Assembly: GCA_963845755.1 (NCBI GenBank)
Contig: CAWJTV010000011.1
Coordinates: 800,001-864,000 of the forward strand
DNA: 64,000 nucleotides
Origin: an uncultured Planctomycetota bacterium
GTDB lineage: Bacteria; Planctomycetota; Planctomycetia; Isosphaerales; Isosphaeraceae
Direction of reading: 5' to 3'
Below the pieces are notes generated by a model, which saw only the letters and a list, made by a program, of their open reading frames with translations, ran no database searches and had not been told where the DNA came from. A program made the position numbers and the translations under genes. Shown here in pieces: positions 11,072 to 21,779 of the stretch; the stretch's first letter is position 1; the number at the start of each line of letters is the position of its first letter.

Positions 11072-12293
11072 ATGTCCACGACGATCCCCCGAGAGAAGGC
11101 GGCGAGGGTCCGCATCGATGAACTCATCGGCAGGGGTTTGAAGCTTGCCGGCCCGGAGGTCCGGGCGAAGCGCGCCTTCGAAGGCTTGCTGCACCGGGTC
11201 CGGAGCCGGACGGACCTCTTGCGTCCCAGGGTCGGCAGGAACCGTTACTCCGACCTGGGGCAGGTGAATTTGCTCTGTGGATTGCTCGCATTGGCGGCCG
11301 AGCATCGCGATTGGCTGCGGCGGGCTGGCGATTGGGTGCCGTCCGGCGACGGTCCCATCGGGCAATTCGCCTCGCTGGCCCAGCATCTCTTATCCCATTA
11401 TCCCCTGCCGGTCTTCATGGCCTCGGTCTGGTTCCCGGGCCGCGATCCCGAGGCGATCCGCCGGCAGGGCTGGTACAAGCACCTCGGGCTCGGCCGGAAC
11501 ATCCGCACGGCCGACATTCCGCTGATGCTCACCAAGCGGATGGCCCACGAGTTCAGCCTGGCCCCCGACCATTATTCGATCGACAAGGCCTTACGCTGGG
11601 GGCAGGTCCGCGGCCTGGGAGGCTCGAAAGACTTGGCCCGAGCGATCGTGGCGACGCGCCTGGGCCGATCGTTCGCGCACGAAGACTTCTGGCGGACCGT
11701 GGTCCACTTCTTCGTGAACCACCCCGAGCTCGAGCTGATGCACATCAAACCGATCGTCGCGTACCTGCATGAGCAGAAGTTCGAGCCGCGGAAGGACCTG
11801 GTCGAGGACGGTGAGATGTCGGTCAACCCGCCGCAGCCGAGCCTGTCGATGAAGGGCCGCACGCCGCGATCGCTCTTGCGGCAGATGGGCGAGTGGCATA
11901 CCTGGCTGCGGCGTACCGAGCGGGTCCAGGCGCTCCGTTGGGCACGATCGGGAATCGGCGAATTCCGGCTCGAGGTCGAGCTCGACGAAGGCCAGCCGCG
12001 TTGCTGGACGATCCGCGAGCTGCTCAGCAGCGGCGAGCTCTACCGCGAAGCGGCGGCGATGCGGCATTGCGTGGCGTCGTACGCGCGGGCCTGCCGGTGC
12101 GGCTACACCTCGATCTGGTCGATGCAATTCGGCGAGCGACGGGCGGCGATACCGGGCCCTGACGATCGAGGTGGACCCCGCCACCCGAACGATCCGTCAG
12201 GCCCGCCGCCGCGCCGATGCCCAGCCGAACGCCAGGCAGCGGGGTATTCTGGAACAGTGGGCGCGGCAGGAGGGGCTGACGATCGAGTGCTGA
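11072..12293 (+). CDS. PcfJ-like domain protein; frameshift near 12130-12160
   Basis: C-terminal ELLSSGELYREAAAMRHCVASY...SIWS motif, continued as LTIEVDP...IRQAR in the next frame. Confidence 0.7.
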
Positions 12294-12415
12294 GGGGCGA
12301 GCCTCGGCGAACATAGCTCACGGCTCGTCGATCGCTCTCGCCGGGTCTGGACGACTCTGGTACGATCACCGGGGATCCCATCCCGACCGAATCCCGCGCC
12401 CGGCGAAGGAGAGGC

Positions 12416-13412
12416 ATGGCCATGAGCACGGTCTCGAGATCCCGATCCGAGAAGCCGGTGAAGCGCCGGAAGCCGCAATCCGCCCCGTATCGCTACGGCT
12501 GGCGGGAGGTGTTGGTCACGGCCCCCGACGGCACCCAGACGCTCAAGACCGTGTCCCTAACCGAGGAGGATATCCTGTTTCCCCTGGTGGGAGATTTCAT
12601 CGTGCAGACCACCCGCCACAACGAGGATGTGGGATACCTCAAGTCGGTATCCGAGGTGCAAGTGGCCGGCGATCCAGGGGCGGTGGTGATCTCGGACTGC
12701 CTGGTGGACTGGAACCTGCGGGGCCGTCGCCCGCTGTGCCCGGACCTCGCGGTCTTCTTCGGAGTGGAACACGATCCGGACGAAGAATGGGATACGTTCA
12801 ACGTGGCGGCGGAAGGAGCGGAGCCGGCGCTGGTTGTCGAGGTGACCTCGCGGAGTACGCGGAAGAATGACCTTGTGGCCAAGGTCGAGCTCTATTATCG
12901 AGCCAGGGTGCCGTTCTATCTGATCGTCAACGTCACCGATCGAGGGAAGAAACGTCGCATCGAATTGATCGGCCGCCGGTACGCGCCGCGGGGGTACAAG
13001 GACGTCAAGCCGGACGCCCAGGGTCGGATTTACCTGGAGGCGTTGCGGCTGTTTGTCGGCGTGACGCGGGATCGTGCCGGCGGCGAGCGGCTGGCGTGCT
13101 ACGACCCGGATACGGGCGGCGGAGCTGGGGAATTATATGGCGGTGGTGGAGGCGCTGGCCGCGGCTGAAGCCCGCGCCGATGCGGAGGCCCGCCGCGCCG
13201 ACGCGGAGGCCCGCCGCGCCGAGGCCGAGGCCCGCCGCGCCGATGCGGAGGCGCAGGCCCGGGCCGCCGCCGAGGCGCGAATCCGCGAGTTGGAGGCCGA
13301 GCTGAAGCGGCTGTCGCGGCCGGCGGCCGTGACCAGTCCGAGCGGGGATCGAGGACCAGCCGGTACCCGCCCCGCTCGGACCGATTGCCAGACCATCCCC
13401 GATCAGTACTGA
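12416..13412 (+). CDS. Uma2 family (PD-(D/E)xK) endonuclease with C-terminal AEARR coiled-coil; frameshift near 13120
   Basis: CPDLAVF, ALVVEVTSRSTRKNDL..K..LY motifs; tail ADAEARR x4 then IRELEAEL. Confidence 0.85.
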
Positions 13413-14453
13413 ATCAGAACTGACCACCTCCCCGCCGTTGCGGCTCGAGAGCATCTGGTAGACGCCGTACCGCGTCCCGGGGGCGAGGGTCAGGAACCCG
13501 TTGACATCGGACACACCATTCGGGAAGCCGGTCGCCGGGTTGAACGGCCAGGTCTGGATCGAGTCCTTGAGGAACCGCACCGAGCCGTCGCAGAACGCGA
13601 AGTTGCGCCCCCGGGATGGAAGCTCGACGCCGAATCGTCCCAGGAGAACGAGTATTCGCCGGAGATGACCGGCACCTTGTTGAACGGGTTCATCGGATAG
13701 AGCGTGGTGAAGATGGTGTCGGTGGAGATCGCGTCGCCCCACCAGCAGTAGCAGTTCATCGAGGCCGCGGCCCCGAACTTGCCGTTGGCCCGCTCGCTGA
13801 AGATGATCGTGTTGCTCGTGCCGTCCGTGACGCTCGAGAGCGGCAGCGCGATGTTGTATGTGAACATCCCCGACCAGCGGCGTTGGCCCGCGACGTGATG
13901 TTCGGGTCGTTGGCGGTCGCCCCGCTCCAGTAGAACTCGATCCCGGCCAGAACGTGCCGGAACAGCCGCCGTAACTGCTGAACCGCGTATACCAGTCGGT
14001 CAAACCCATGTAAGCGCCAATATCCACGATCCGGCTGATCGTCGGGTCGCTCGGGCACCAAAGGGTCGACAACCCCGTCCTGTAGGCCGTCTGGTTCACC
14101 GAGTCCTGGATGTTGATGCTGAAGTTCACGAGGTTGTACAGGGGCTGCTGCTCGAGGTCTCCCAGCATCGAGACGAAGACGCTCTGCGATTCGGGTAGCA
14201 GACCTGGTAATACGGGTCCCACTGGATCGGGCAGCCGATCGGGAATGTCGTATTCGAGCTCACATAGTTATGCGTCGCCAGGGCGATCTGCTTGAGGTTA
14301 TTGGTGCACTGGGAGCGACGAGCGCGCCTCGCGTGCCGCCTGCACGGCGGGCAACAGCAGCGCGATCAGCACCGCGATGATCGCGATCACGACCAGCAGC
14401 TCGATCAGGGTGAAGCCTCGGTATCCGAAGATCCGACGTGGCGAATGGGACAT
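13403..14453 (-). CDS. DUF1559 prepilin-type N-terminal cleavage protein; several frameshifts
   Basis: [45 protein letters not shown] and [15 protein letters not shown] (H-X9-DG) motifs. Confidence 0.9.
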
Positions 14454-14591
14454 GGACGTTCATCCTTTCTGAGGGAACGTGAGAACAGGGAAACCGTCAG
14501 AGGCGAAGGGAAAAATAAACGAGTGTTCATAACATTGGTCAAGCGGCAACGACGACCGGGACCGGGCCGAGCTCCGTGGGTCAGCTCGGGA

Positions 14592-14792
14592 TCAGGGAGC
14601 CTCCTTCTTTCCGGATTTGCGAGTCAGGTCCGCCTTTTTCTGGAGCTCCTCGGCTCTCCTGCGCCGCTTCTCCCCGGCTTTAGGGTCGGCGGTGACACCC
14701 TCCCCGCCGCAGCCGAGGCAGGCCATCGGCGCGGCCAGCAGGGAGAGGAGAAGGGAACGTCGGGTGACCGACTGCATCGGCCAAGGGATCAT
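14592..14792 (-). CDS. Small putative lipoprotein upstream of the DUF1559 gene
   Basis: RRSLLLSLLAAPMACLGCGG lipobox-like sequence with a short charged tail; start codon uncertain. Confidence 0.55.
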   Translation of the reverse strand: MIPWPMQSVTRRSLLLSLLAAPMACLGCGGEGVTADPKAGEKRRRRAEELQKKADLTRKSGKKEAP

Positions 14793-14916
14793 GGTGGATT
14801 CCTCCAGGAACAGGATGGATTGGTGGCTCTCGGTCGTCATATCTGGCGTGGCGTCGTCCTCATGGTGTCCTGTCGCTGACTCAATAGGAACTCAGTCATA
14901 TTACTATTTAATCATA

Positions 14917-17900
14917 TTATTGTAATCGTGGCGCGAAGGGATCGTCGGGGAACTCCAGGTCCATCAGGTCCATCATCAGGCGCCGGAACCGGGGATGGGT
15001 GCGGAGCGGATCGAGGAGGGCTTCCTTCCGCATCTCGTCGAGGTGGATCATCCCCTGGAATTCGTGGGACGACCGGGCCTTCTCGAGCAACTCCAGGGCG
15101 CGCGTCCAGGTCCCGATCCGGCGAGCTGCCGGCGCTCGGCCGGCGGTCTGCGTGGATCTTCAAGCGCGAGTTCGGCCAGGGCCGCGTGGACGCAGGCCGC
15201 GTCGTAGGAAAGCATCCAGTAATTATAGGCGTGCTCTCACCTCCTTTTGCCGCGTTCACCGTGTCGCGGATCTGGTCGCCCCGGAGAGCCAACTCCGACA
15301 GATCGCCCAGTCGGGCCTTGGTCAGTGCATGAAAGGCCCGAAAGACCTCTTCATCCTTGCTGCCGAGTCATGAGCTAACTCGAAGGACCTCTTGGAAGTC
15401 GGGGAGGGCCTCGGCAAGGCGGCCGAGACGCATCCGCGACTCGCCTTTCTCTGCTGAGGGATTCTGCGAGTCGTCTCCGGCCAATCTGAAGGTTGTGGGG
15501 ATCGCGGCGCGCGAGGAAGCGGAGCAGGTGGATGCAACGCCCTGACCACTCGAGGGCGGATTGTTCATCGCCGCGAGAGCTAGAATTGTTTTCATATGTC
15601 CCGTACGCAATGACGAGAGCCTCGGCGATCCTGATATCCTGCGGGATGGTCGGCGGCAAGCTTTTCCAGGATGGCGATGGATCGTTTGACCGCCGCCTCA
15701 GCCTGGGGGAACTTCCTTTCCCATAGCGAGGCCATGCCCTAGACTTGCAAGGTTATGGCCAAGACTCCAATTGGTACTTGGTCACCACGGGGTGATCCCG
15801 AGCGAGCTTCTCCGTGATCTCCACGGCCCTTTGATGCGACACGATGCCGCCGGGCCGGTCGTGGAGCTTATTCGCTTGCAGGCGTGCGAAGGAGTGGAGG
15901 ATCGTCGCCAGCGATTCCTGGTAGGCGGTCACCTCGGCGTGTTGCCGCGCCAGCCGGTCCGCAAGGCCCAGGGCCTGGCGGAACGCCGCGTCCGCCTCCT
16001 TGACGCGTCCTTGAATTCGGTACTGGTCGCCCAGACGGCCGTAAGCATCGGCCAGTTTCGACCGGTACTTCGCGATCGCGGGCTGCTCGCGCGCCAGCCC
16101 ATCCCACAGCGCCGCTGCCGCCTGGATCTCCCGTTCGGACTCGGTCCAGCGTTGTTCATCGCGGAAAACGGCGGCCGATGTTTCGAATGCGCCTGGGCCA
16201 GAGCATCGCGATAAGTCGGCTCGGCCGGGACGATCGGCCACCAATCCCATTCAGGACTTCAACCGCCTGCCGACCGGCCTGCTCGGCTGCGGCGGTTTCT
16301 CCCAGTCGGGCCCGGATCCCGCCCACTGCGCATACCGGCGTTGGCCGCCTCCAGCCTCATCGAGGGATCCCGACTCTGTGGGAGGGCGAACCGCTCATAG
16401 AACCCCAATGCCTTTTCCAGGATCTCCCGCTGGTAATCATCCATCTCCTTCTGGTCTTCCAGCTTGTCAGCCACGCCGGTGTACATCTCGTCGACGACCC
16501 GGCGCGCGAAGGCGAGGTTCTGCTCGGCGATGTCGCGCTGGCGGGCGACCAGGACATTGCCGATGGCCAACGCCCCTACGGCCATGATCAGGGTTGCGGC
16601 CAGGCCGGTCACGAGCAGGCGATGGCGGCGGCCCCATCGCCGCAGCCCGACGGATCATCGGCTCGCGCCAGGCCGAGACCGGCTCATCGGCCAGCCAGTG
16701 CTCGACGTCGTCGGCTAGGGCCCGCGGCGTGCGGTAACGCTTTGCGGCCGGCTCGGTCGCCATCGCCTTGAGGCAGACGGCCTCTAGCGCCGGGTCGATC
16801 CAACCTTGGAGCTTTCCTCGGTGGCGGGAAGTCGCCCCGCTCGACCCGGCGGAGCAGCTCCAGGCATGTCCGGGTCGTTAAAGGGGCCCGGCCGGTCAGC
16901 AGGCAATAGAGGGTGGCGCCGAGGCTATAGACGTCGCTGGCCAGGTCCCAGCTCGTCGATCCGCCCGGCGGCCTGCTCGGGACTCATGTAGGCGGGCGTC
17001 CCCAACCGGGCCCCTAGCTCGGTGCCGCGCAGGTCGCTGCCCGACTGCGGGATCAAGGTGCGATCGTCCATCGTCGCCGCGGTCGGTGCGGGATCGGGCC
17101 GGCCCAGGCTCTTTGCCAGTCCCCAGTCGACGACCAGGGTCTCGCCGAACTTGCCGAGCATGATGTTGCCGGGCTTGAGGTCGCGATGGAGCACGCCGCG
17201 GCTGTGGGCGTAGTCGATCGCGTTGCAGACGTCGAGGAACCGCCGCAACAGCTTCTGGAGCGCCAGCGTCCGTGCGCCGGGGTCTGCGGCCCTGGTCCTC
17301 CTCCTGGTGGAATGCTCGATGGCGGCCTTGAGGTTGTCGCCGCGGATGAACCGCATGGCATAGAACGGGCGGCCGTCGTCGTAGGTCCCCAGGCCGTAGA
17401 CCGGGACGATGCCGGGATGTTCGAGTCGTCCGGTGATCTCGGCCTCGACGACGAAGCGCGCGACCTTCTCTCGGTCTGACGGCGTGATCGAGCTTGATGC
17501 GCTTGAGGGCGACGATGCGATGGAGCTGCTGATCGCGGGCGACGTAGACCTCGCCGAGTGCGCCGCGGTCGTGGATGCGGACGATCTGGAATCGGCCCTC
17601 GGCGTCGGAGGCGACTCGCATGGTCCCAGCTCGCGGTAGTCTCAGGGCCGCAGTCTCCGCCATCGGTGGTCAGGCCAAGGTAGAGGAGGCTGGCCTGGAA
17701 GTCGAGATCGGGGACGACTTCGAGCCGGTCGCGGACGGCGGGCAGGACGGCCAGCACGGCGAGGCTGCGCTCGGGGTCATGGCCGTGCTGCTGGATGTGC
17801 TCGCGGACCAGCTCGGCGAGGACGGCGTGCCGCGCGGGGCTCAGCGCGCCGCGATCGAGGAGAATCTGCCCGAGGGACAGGGACTTGTCGGCGACCCAGG

Positions 17901-18285
17901 CGCCGAAGGCGGCCAGGAGGGCGTCGCGATCGATGAAGTTGTTTTGTAAGGCCAGCAAGCCGAAGAGCAGGCTGTGGGCCGCCGTCCTCGGCTTGCTCGT
18001 CGGCCTGTCGTGCGGATTCGCGAGCCCGAAGGCGGCGACGACAGCGGCAGGGTCGTCGGGGAAGCGCCGTTGATATTCGTCCAGGGTGGGCGTTTCGCCG
18101 GCGCCACGTCGCAACTCGCGCTCGACGCGGATCAACTCCTCCAGGAGCGGAGCGCGCCGGGTTCCGGACTGACCGTCCAGGTAGTCCTCGATGCGGGGCC
18201 GGTCGCCGCCCCGTTTCCAGTCGGCCTCGAAGCGATCGGCCGCTTCGTCGATCCAGGTCCGTTCGCCTGCCTGAACAGGGCTCAT
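14917..18285 (-). CDS. Hanks-type Ser/Thr protein kinase with TM segment and C-terminal TPR-like region; many frameshifts
   Basis: N-terminal IDEAADRFE..W...P.IEDYL; HDRGALGEVY, VALKRI, HRDLKPGN, DWGLAK and GTPAYMSPEQ; ends LMDLEFPDDPFAPRLQ. Confidence 0.85.
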
Positions 18286-18494
18286 CTCGGTCTCCTCGGA
18301 CGCTCTCTGAGGCTCTCCGGTGAACGGTGAACGGGACGATCGCTTCCTGTCAGCCATGTTCAGGGCACCGCGGCGCACAGTCGCCCCTTCTCGGGAAGAC
18401 TGCGCCGAGGCCGTTTGGGGACAGGGCCGCCCGGAATTCCTCTCGTCGGATCCGGATTTGCCATCGAGATCGACGCACGACTCCGCCCCAACTC

Positions 18495-19112
18495 TCAATC
18501 GTCGCCGCTTCCCCAGTAAGCCCGGATCCGCTCCAACTTGCGCTCGACGGTCCGGAGCGTGCATTCCAGCGTCTGGGCGATCTCGGCGTTGGTATAGCCC
18601 TCGAGCTTCCACTGCGCGATCTGGCGCAAGGCGGGGTCCGCGAGCATCTGGAAGCGCCGTTCCAGGGCCTCGTTGAGCAAGGCGGCCTCCAGCGGGGTCG
18701 GACCGTCGGAGTCGATCTGGTCGAGGATCGAAACGGCCTGGTCCCCCGCGGGGTCATCCGTCGATGGCTCGGTGTCCTCCCGGCGAACGTCCCGCTTGGC
18801 TTGCCGGTGGCGGTTCGCCGTGTTCCGGGCCTTGCGCAGGGTGATCTGCACGAGCAAGTTCCAGAGCTGATCCCGATTGGACAGGTCAAAGTCACCCCGA
18901 CGCTGGCGTGCGCAGAAGCTCTGGTACATGCTCTGGAGCACGTCTTCCGCATCCTCTCGACTGCGGATCCGCGCCGAGAGGTGGTTGCGGGCCAAAACCA
19001 GCAACTCCTGGAAATAGCGTCCCCAGACCAGCCGGGCCGCAACCTCGCGCACCGCCGGTTCGTCCGACCGCAAATCGATGATCAGCCGCGTGACCGAACC
19101 CTGTGCACCCAT
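18495..19112 (-). CDS. ECF-type sigma factor (kinase-associated planctomycete type)
   Basis: GSVTRLI, EDAEDVLQSMYQSF, LWNLL..IT.RKA and EGYTNAEIA..L.CT.RTVERKL HTH; directly upstream of the kinase. Confidence 0.88.
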   Translation of the reverse strand: MGAQGSVTRLIIDLRSDEPAVREVAARLVWGRYFQELLVLARNHLSARIRSREDAEDVLQSMYQSFCARQRRGDFDLSNRDQLWNLLVQITLRKARNTANRHRQAKRDVRREDTEPSTDDPAGDQAVSILDQIDSDGPTPLEAALLNEALERRFQMLADPALRQIAQWKLEGYTNAEIAQTLECTLRTVERKLERIRAYWGSGDD

Positions 19113-19172
19113 CAAACCCCCGGTCGCCGCAAGTCGGTCAGGCTTTCCAGCCTGACTTTCTGACACGTCAGG

Positions 19173-19389
19173 CTAGAGCGCTTCACATTTGGGTTGCGCA
19201 CACAAACGGCGTCACTTCGGCGGCCTGAGGGGCCGCGGGAGCCCAGCCCGGGGTGCAAACCCCGGGACTCGGTCAAACCGCGCCTCCAGGTGCACCCTGA
19301 AGGGGTGCCGGAGGGCTCTCCCGCGGCCCTATAGGCCGCCGGAATGTGGGTTTGCGTCGGACCCCGGGTTTCACCCGGGGCTGGGCTCC
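19173..19389 (+). repeat. REP/MITE-like palindromic element, left part (target of recombinase element copy 1)
   Basis: Starts CTAGAGCGC; nested hairpins CCCGGGG..CCCCGGG, GCACCC-TGAAG-GGGTGC, CCCGGG-TTTCA-CCCGGG; ends GGGCTGGGCTCC at the junction. Confidence 0.75.
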
Positions 19390-21398
19390 TATGACCCCAA
19401 CAGAGTGGCATATAGCCCGTTGATACCTGATACTGTCATCCCTCTGAGCCGCCTCAGAGGGCGTTGAACCCGACCCTGACGCCGGATTGCTGCTTGCATG
19501 GAGGTGATCGTCCTCGCGACGTCCTACCACGGAGAGCGGACATGACACGACGATCGGCCTTGGGACGGCACAGCCTCCGCATCCACCGGGAGTTCGTCCC
19601 CTCCCGCTGCCAGCTCCGCGCCCTGGCCTTGGCCTTCGAGCAGGCCCTCCCCATCATCCGGAGGCCGCTGACGACGCCGGCACGACCACAAATGTTCGTT
19701 GATTCTGATTTGAATTCGTTCACACAACCAGGCCGTTCGGGGGCCCTCCGATGACCGAACCCATCGACCGCCGCGCCGCCTTGTACGCCAGGGTCTCCAC
19801 CGAACAGCAGGCCCAAGAGGACACGATCGCCAGTCAACTCGATCTGTTGCGCCGGCGGATCCAGGCCGATGGCCTGACCGTCGCCCAGGAACTCCAATTC
19901 GCCGACGACGGTTATTCGGGCGAGACCTTCCGGCGCCCCGCCCTGGAACGGTTGCGCGACACGGCCGCCGCCGGGGCGATCGACCGGATCTACATCGAGT
20001 GTCCCGACCGATTGGCACGGGATTACCCGTATCAGATGGTCGTGGTCGACGAGCTGCGCCGCCAGGGCGTCGAGGTCGTCTTCCTCAATCACGACCTCGA
20101 TGAGAGCCCCGAGGGTTGACTGCTGTTGCAAGTCCAGGGGATCATCGCCGAATACGAGCGGGTCAAGGCCCGTGAGAAGTGTCGCCGCGGCCGGCTCTAC
20201 GCGGCGCGGTCGGGCCAGGTCAGCGTCCTGGGCGGCGCCTTACGGATACCATTACCACACCAAGCAGGAGGGAGGTGGCGCGGCCCGGTATGTCGTCCAG
20301 TTCGCCGAGGCCCAGGTGGTCCGAGAGATCTTCACCTGGGTGGGGATCGAAGGATGTTCGCTCAGTCAGGTGTGCCGACGATTGCGAGAACGCGGGCTCC
20401 TTACCCGCACGGGCAAGGTGCATTGGGATCGGGCCACGGTCCTGGGCATGCTGCGCAACCCGGCTTACATGGGGACAGCCCACTTCAACAAGGTCCATTG
20501 CGTCCCGGCCCGTCCCCGGTTGCGCCCGCGTCGGGGAGTCCCCGAGTTTCCACGGCGACACACCGCCAAAGCGGCGACGCCCCCCGAGGACCAGATCCCG
20601 ATCCCGGTGCCGGCGATCGTGGAGCCGGCCCTGTTCGAGGCCGTGCAGGAGCGGCTGGCGGAGCACCGCCGACATCCCGGCCAGGCGGCCCCCCGGCCGC
20701 GCCATCTGCTGGCGGGCTTGGTGGTGTGCCAGCGGTGTGGTTACGCGTATCGCGGTCGGGCCATGAAGAAGAAGGGAGGGAGTCGCTATGGCTATTACCG
20801 CTGTTATGGGGCGGAGGCCGAGTCCTTCGCCGGCCGGGCCCGGATCTGCGACAATCCGGCGATCCGGATCGAACGTCTGGACGAGGCGGTGTGGTCCGAT
20901 GTGCGCGGGTTGTTGCTGGAGCCGGAGCGGTTGGCTGAGGAATTCGAGCGGCGGTTGAGTCGGGCGAACCGAGGCGAGGGGACGACTCAGTCGAGTCGGA
21001 GCCTGGACAAGTTGATCGGTCAGGTCCGCCGCAGGCTGGCGCGGCTGGTGGAGATGTACGCCGACGGATACATCGAGAAGGAGAAATTCCAGAGAGATAT
21101 GGATATTTCTCGAACACGAATGTCAGAATTGGAGTTGGAGCGTCGGGCGATGGACCAGGAGGAACAGCAACGGGAGGAGTTACGGTTGGTGATGGGTCGG
21201 ATCGAGGAATTCGGGGCGCAGGTACGCGCTGGTTTGGATACCAGCGACGTGGCGACGCGTCGTCGGATCATTTGTGCACTGGTCAAGAAGGTCGAGATCG
21301 ATGCCGAGGCGGTTCATATTGTGTATCGTGTGAGCCCTCGCCCTTTTGCCCAAACGGCCCCGACAGACGGTAACATGCCACACTGTTGGGGCCGTTCC
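19387..21398 (+). mobile_element. ~2.0 kb large-serine-recombinase mobile element, copy 1
   Basis: Sub-terminal inverted repeats CCCCAACAGAGTGGCAT (19395-19411) and ATGCCACACTGTTGGGG (21375-21391); TCC core at both junctions; near-identical inverted copy at 27478..29490. Confidence 0.9.
19542..19754 (+). CDS. 70-aa accessory protein of the recombinase element
   Basis: GGAGAG RBS; MTRRSALG...FVPSRCQLRALALAFEQALP; ATGA overlap with the recombinase start; same ORF in copy 2. Confidence 0.6.
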   Translation: MTRRSALGRHSLRIHREFVPSRCQLRALALAFEQALPIIRRPLTTPARPQMFVDSDLNSFTQPGRSGALR

Positions 21399-21617
21399 CG
21401 CGGCCCTACAGGCCGCCGGAGATCGGCTCGCCTCGTGTCTGCAACTCGATCGTTACGCGCGCTAGAAAGCCCGACCTACTGGTCAATCAAGTTCTCCAGC
21501 GAAAACCCGACAGGTCGCTTCAAGATATTCTTGGCAAACATCGCATCAACGAGCAATTTAAGAGACCCAGCTTTTTCGACCGTTGTATATGAGCGGCTTT
21601 CAAAGGCGTCGTCGTAG
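19751..21617 (+). pseudogene. Large serine recombinase, copy 1 (CGA>TGA at 20117 and 2-bp deletion near 20235 relative to copy 2)
   Basis: YARVST catalytic Ser, DRLAR, PYGY, LRNPAYMG and zinc ribbon CQRCG...YYRC...C; lesions could be sequencing errors. Confidence 0.85.
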
Positions 21618-21654
21618 GGTGGGTCGAACGCCGCTTTGGGGCGTCAGGCCCACC
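21614..21654 (+). repeat. GTAG-type REP hairpin
   Basis: GTAGGGTGGGTC...GGCCCACC; a related reverse-oriented copy lies at 49665..49685. Confidence 0.55.
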
Positions 21655-21779
21655 GGACACCGCTCGCATCACGACAGGCTCGCCGCCATCGCGGGGCCGG
21701 AACGCTTCTGGTACGATCGCGTAGGATTGGAGCTAGCACTTCCGCAGGAGAACACCCGAGCGCTCCCGAGAGAATCGCC

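Noticed and set aside
13165..13280. 21-bp tandem repeats as a possible CRISPR or VNTR
   Set aside because: No spacers; they encode the AEARRAD coiled-coil tail of Uma2.
13403..13412. Convergent genes ending on the palindrome TCAGTACTGA
   Set aside because: Both ends depend on nearby indels; most likely a coincidence.
20117..20119. In-frame TGA in recombinase copy 1 as selenocysteine
   Set aside because: Copy 2 has CGA (Arg) at this position, so it is a nonsense change or a base error.
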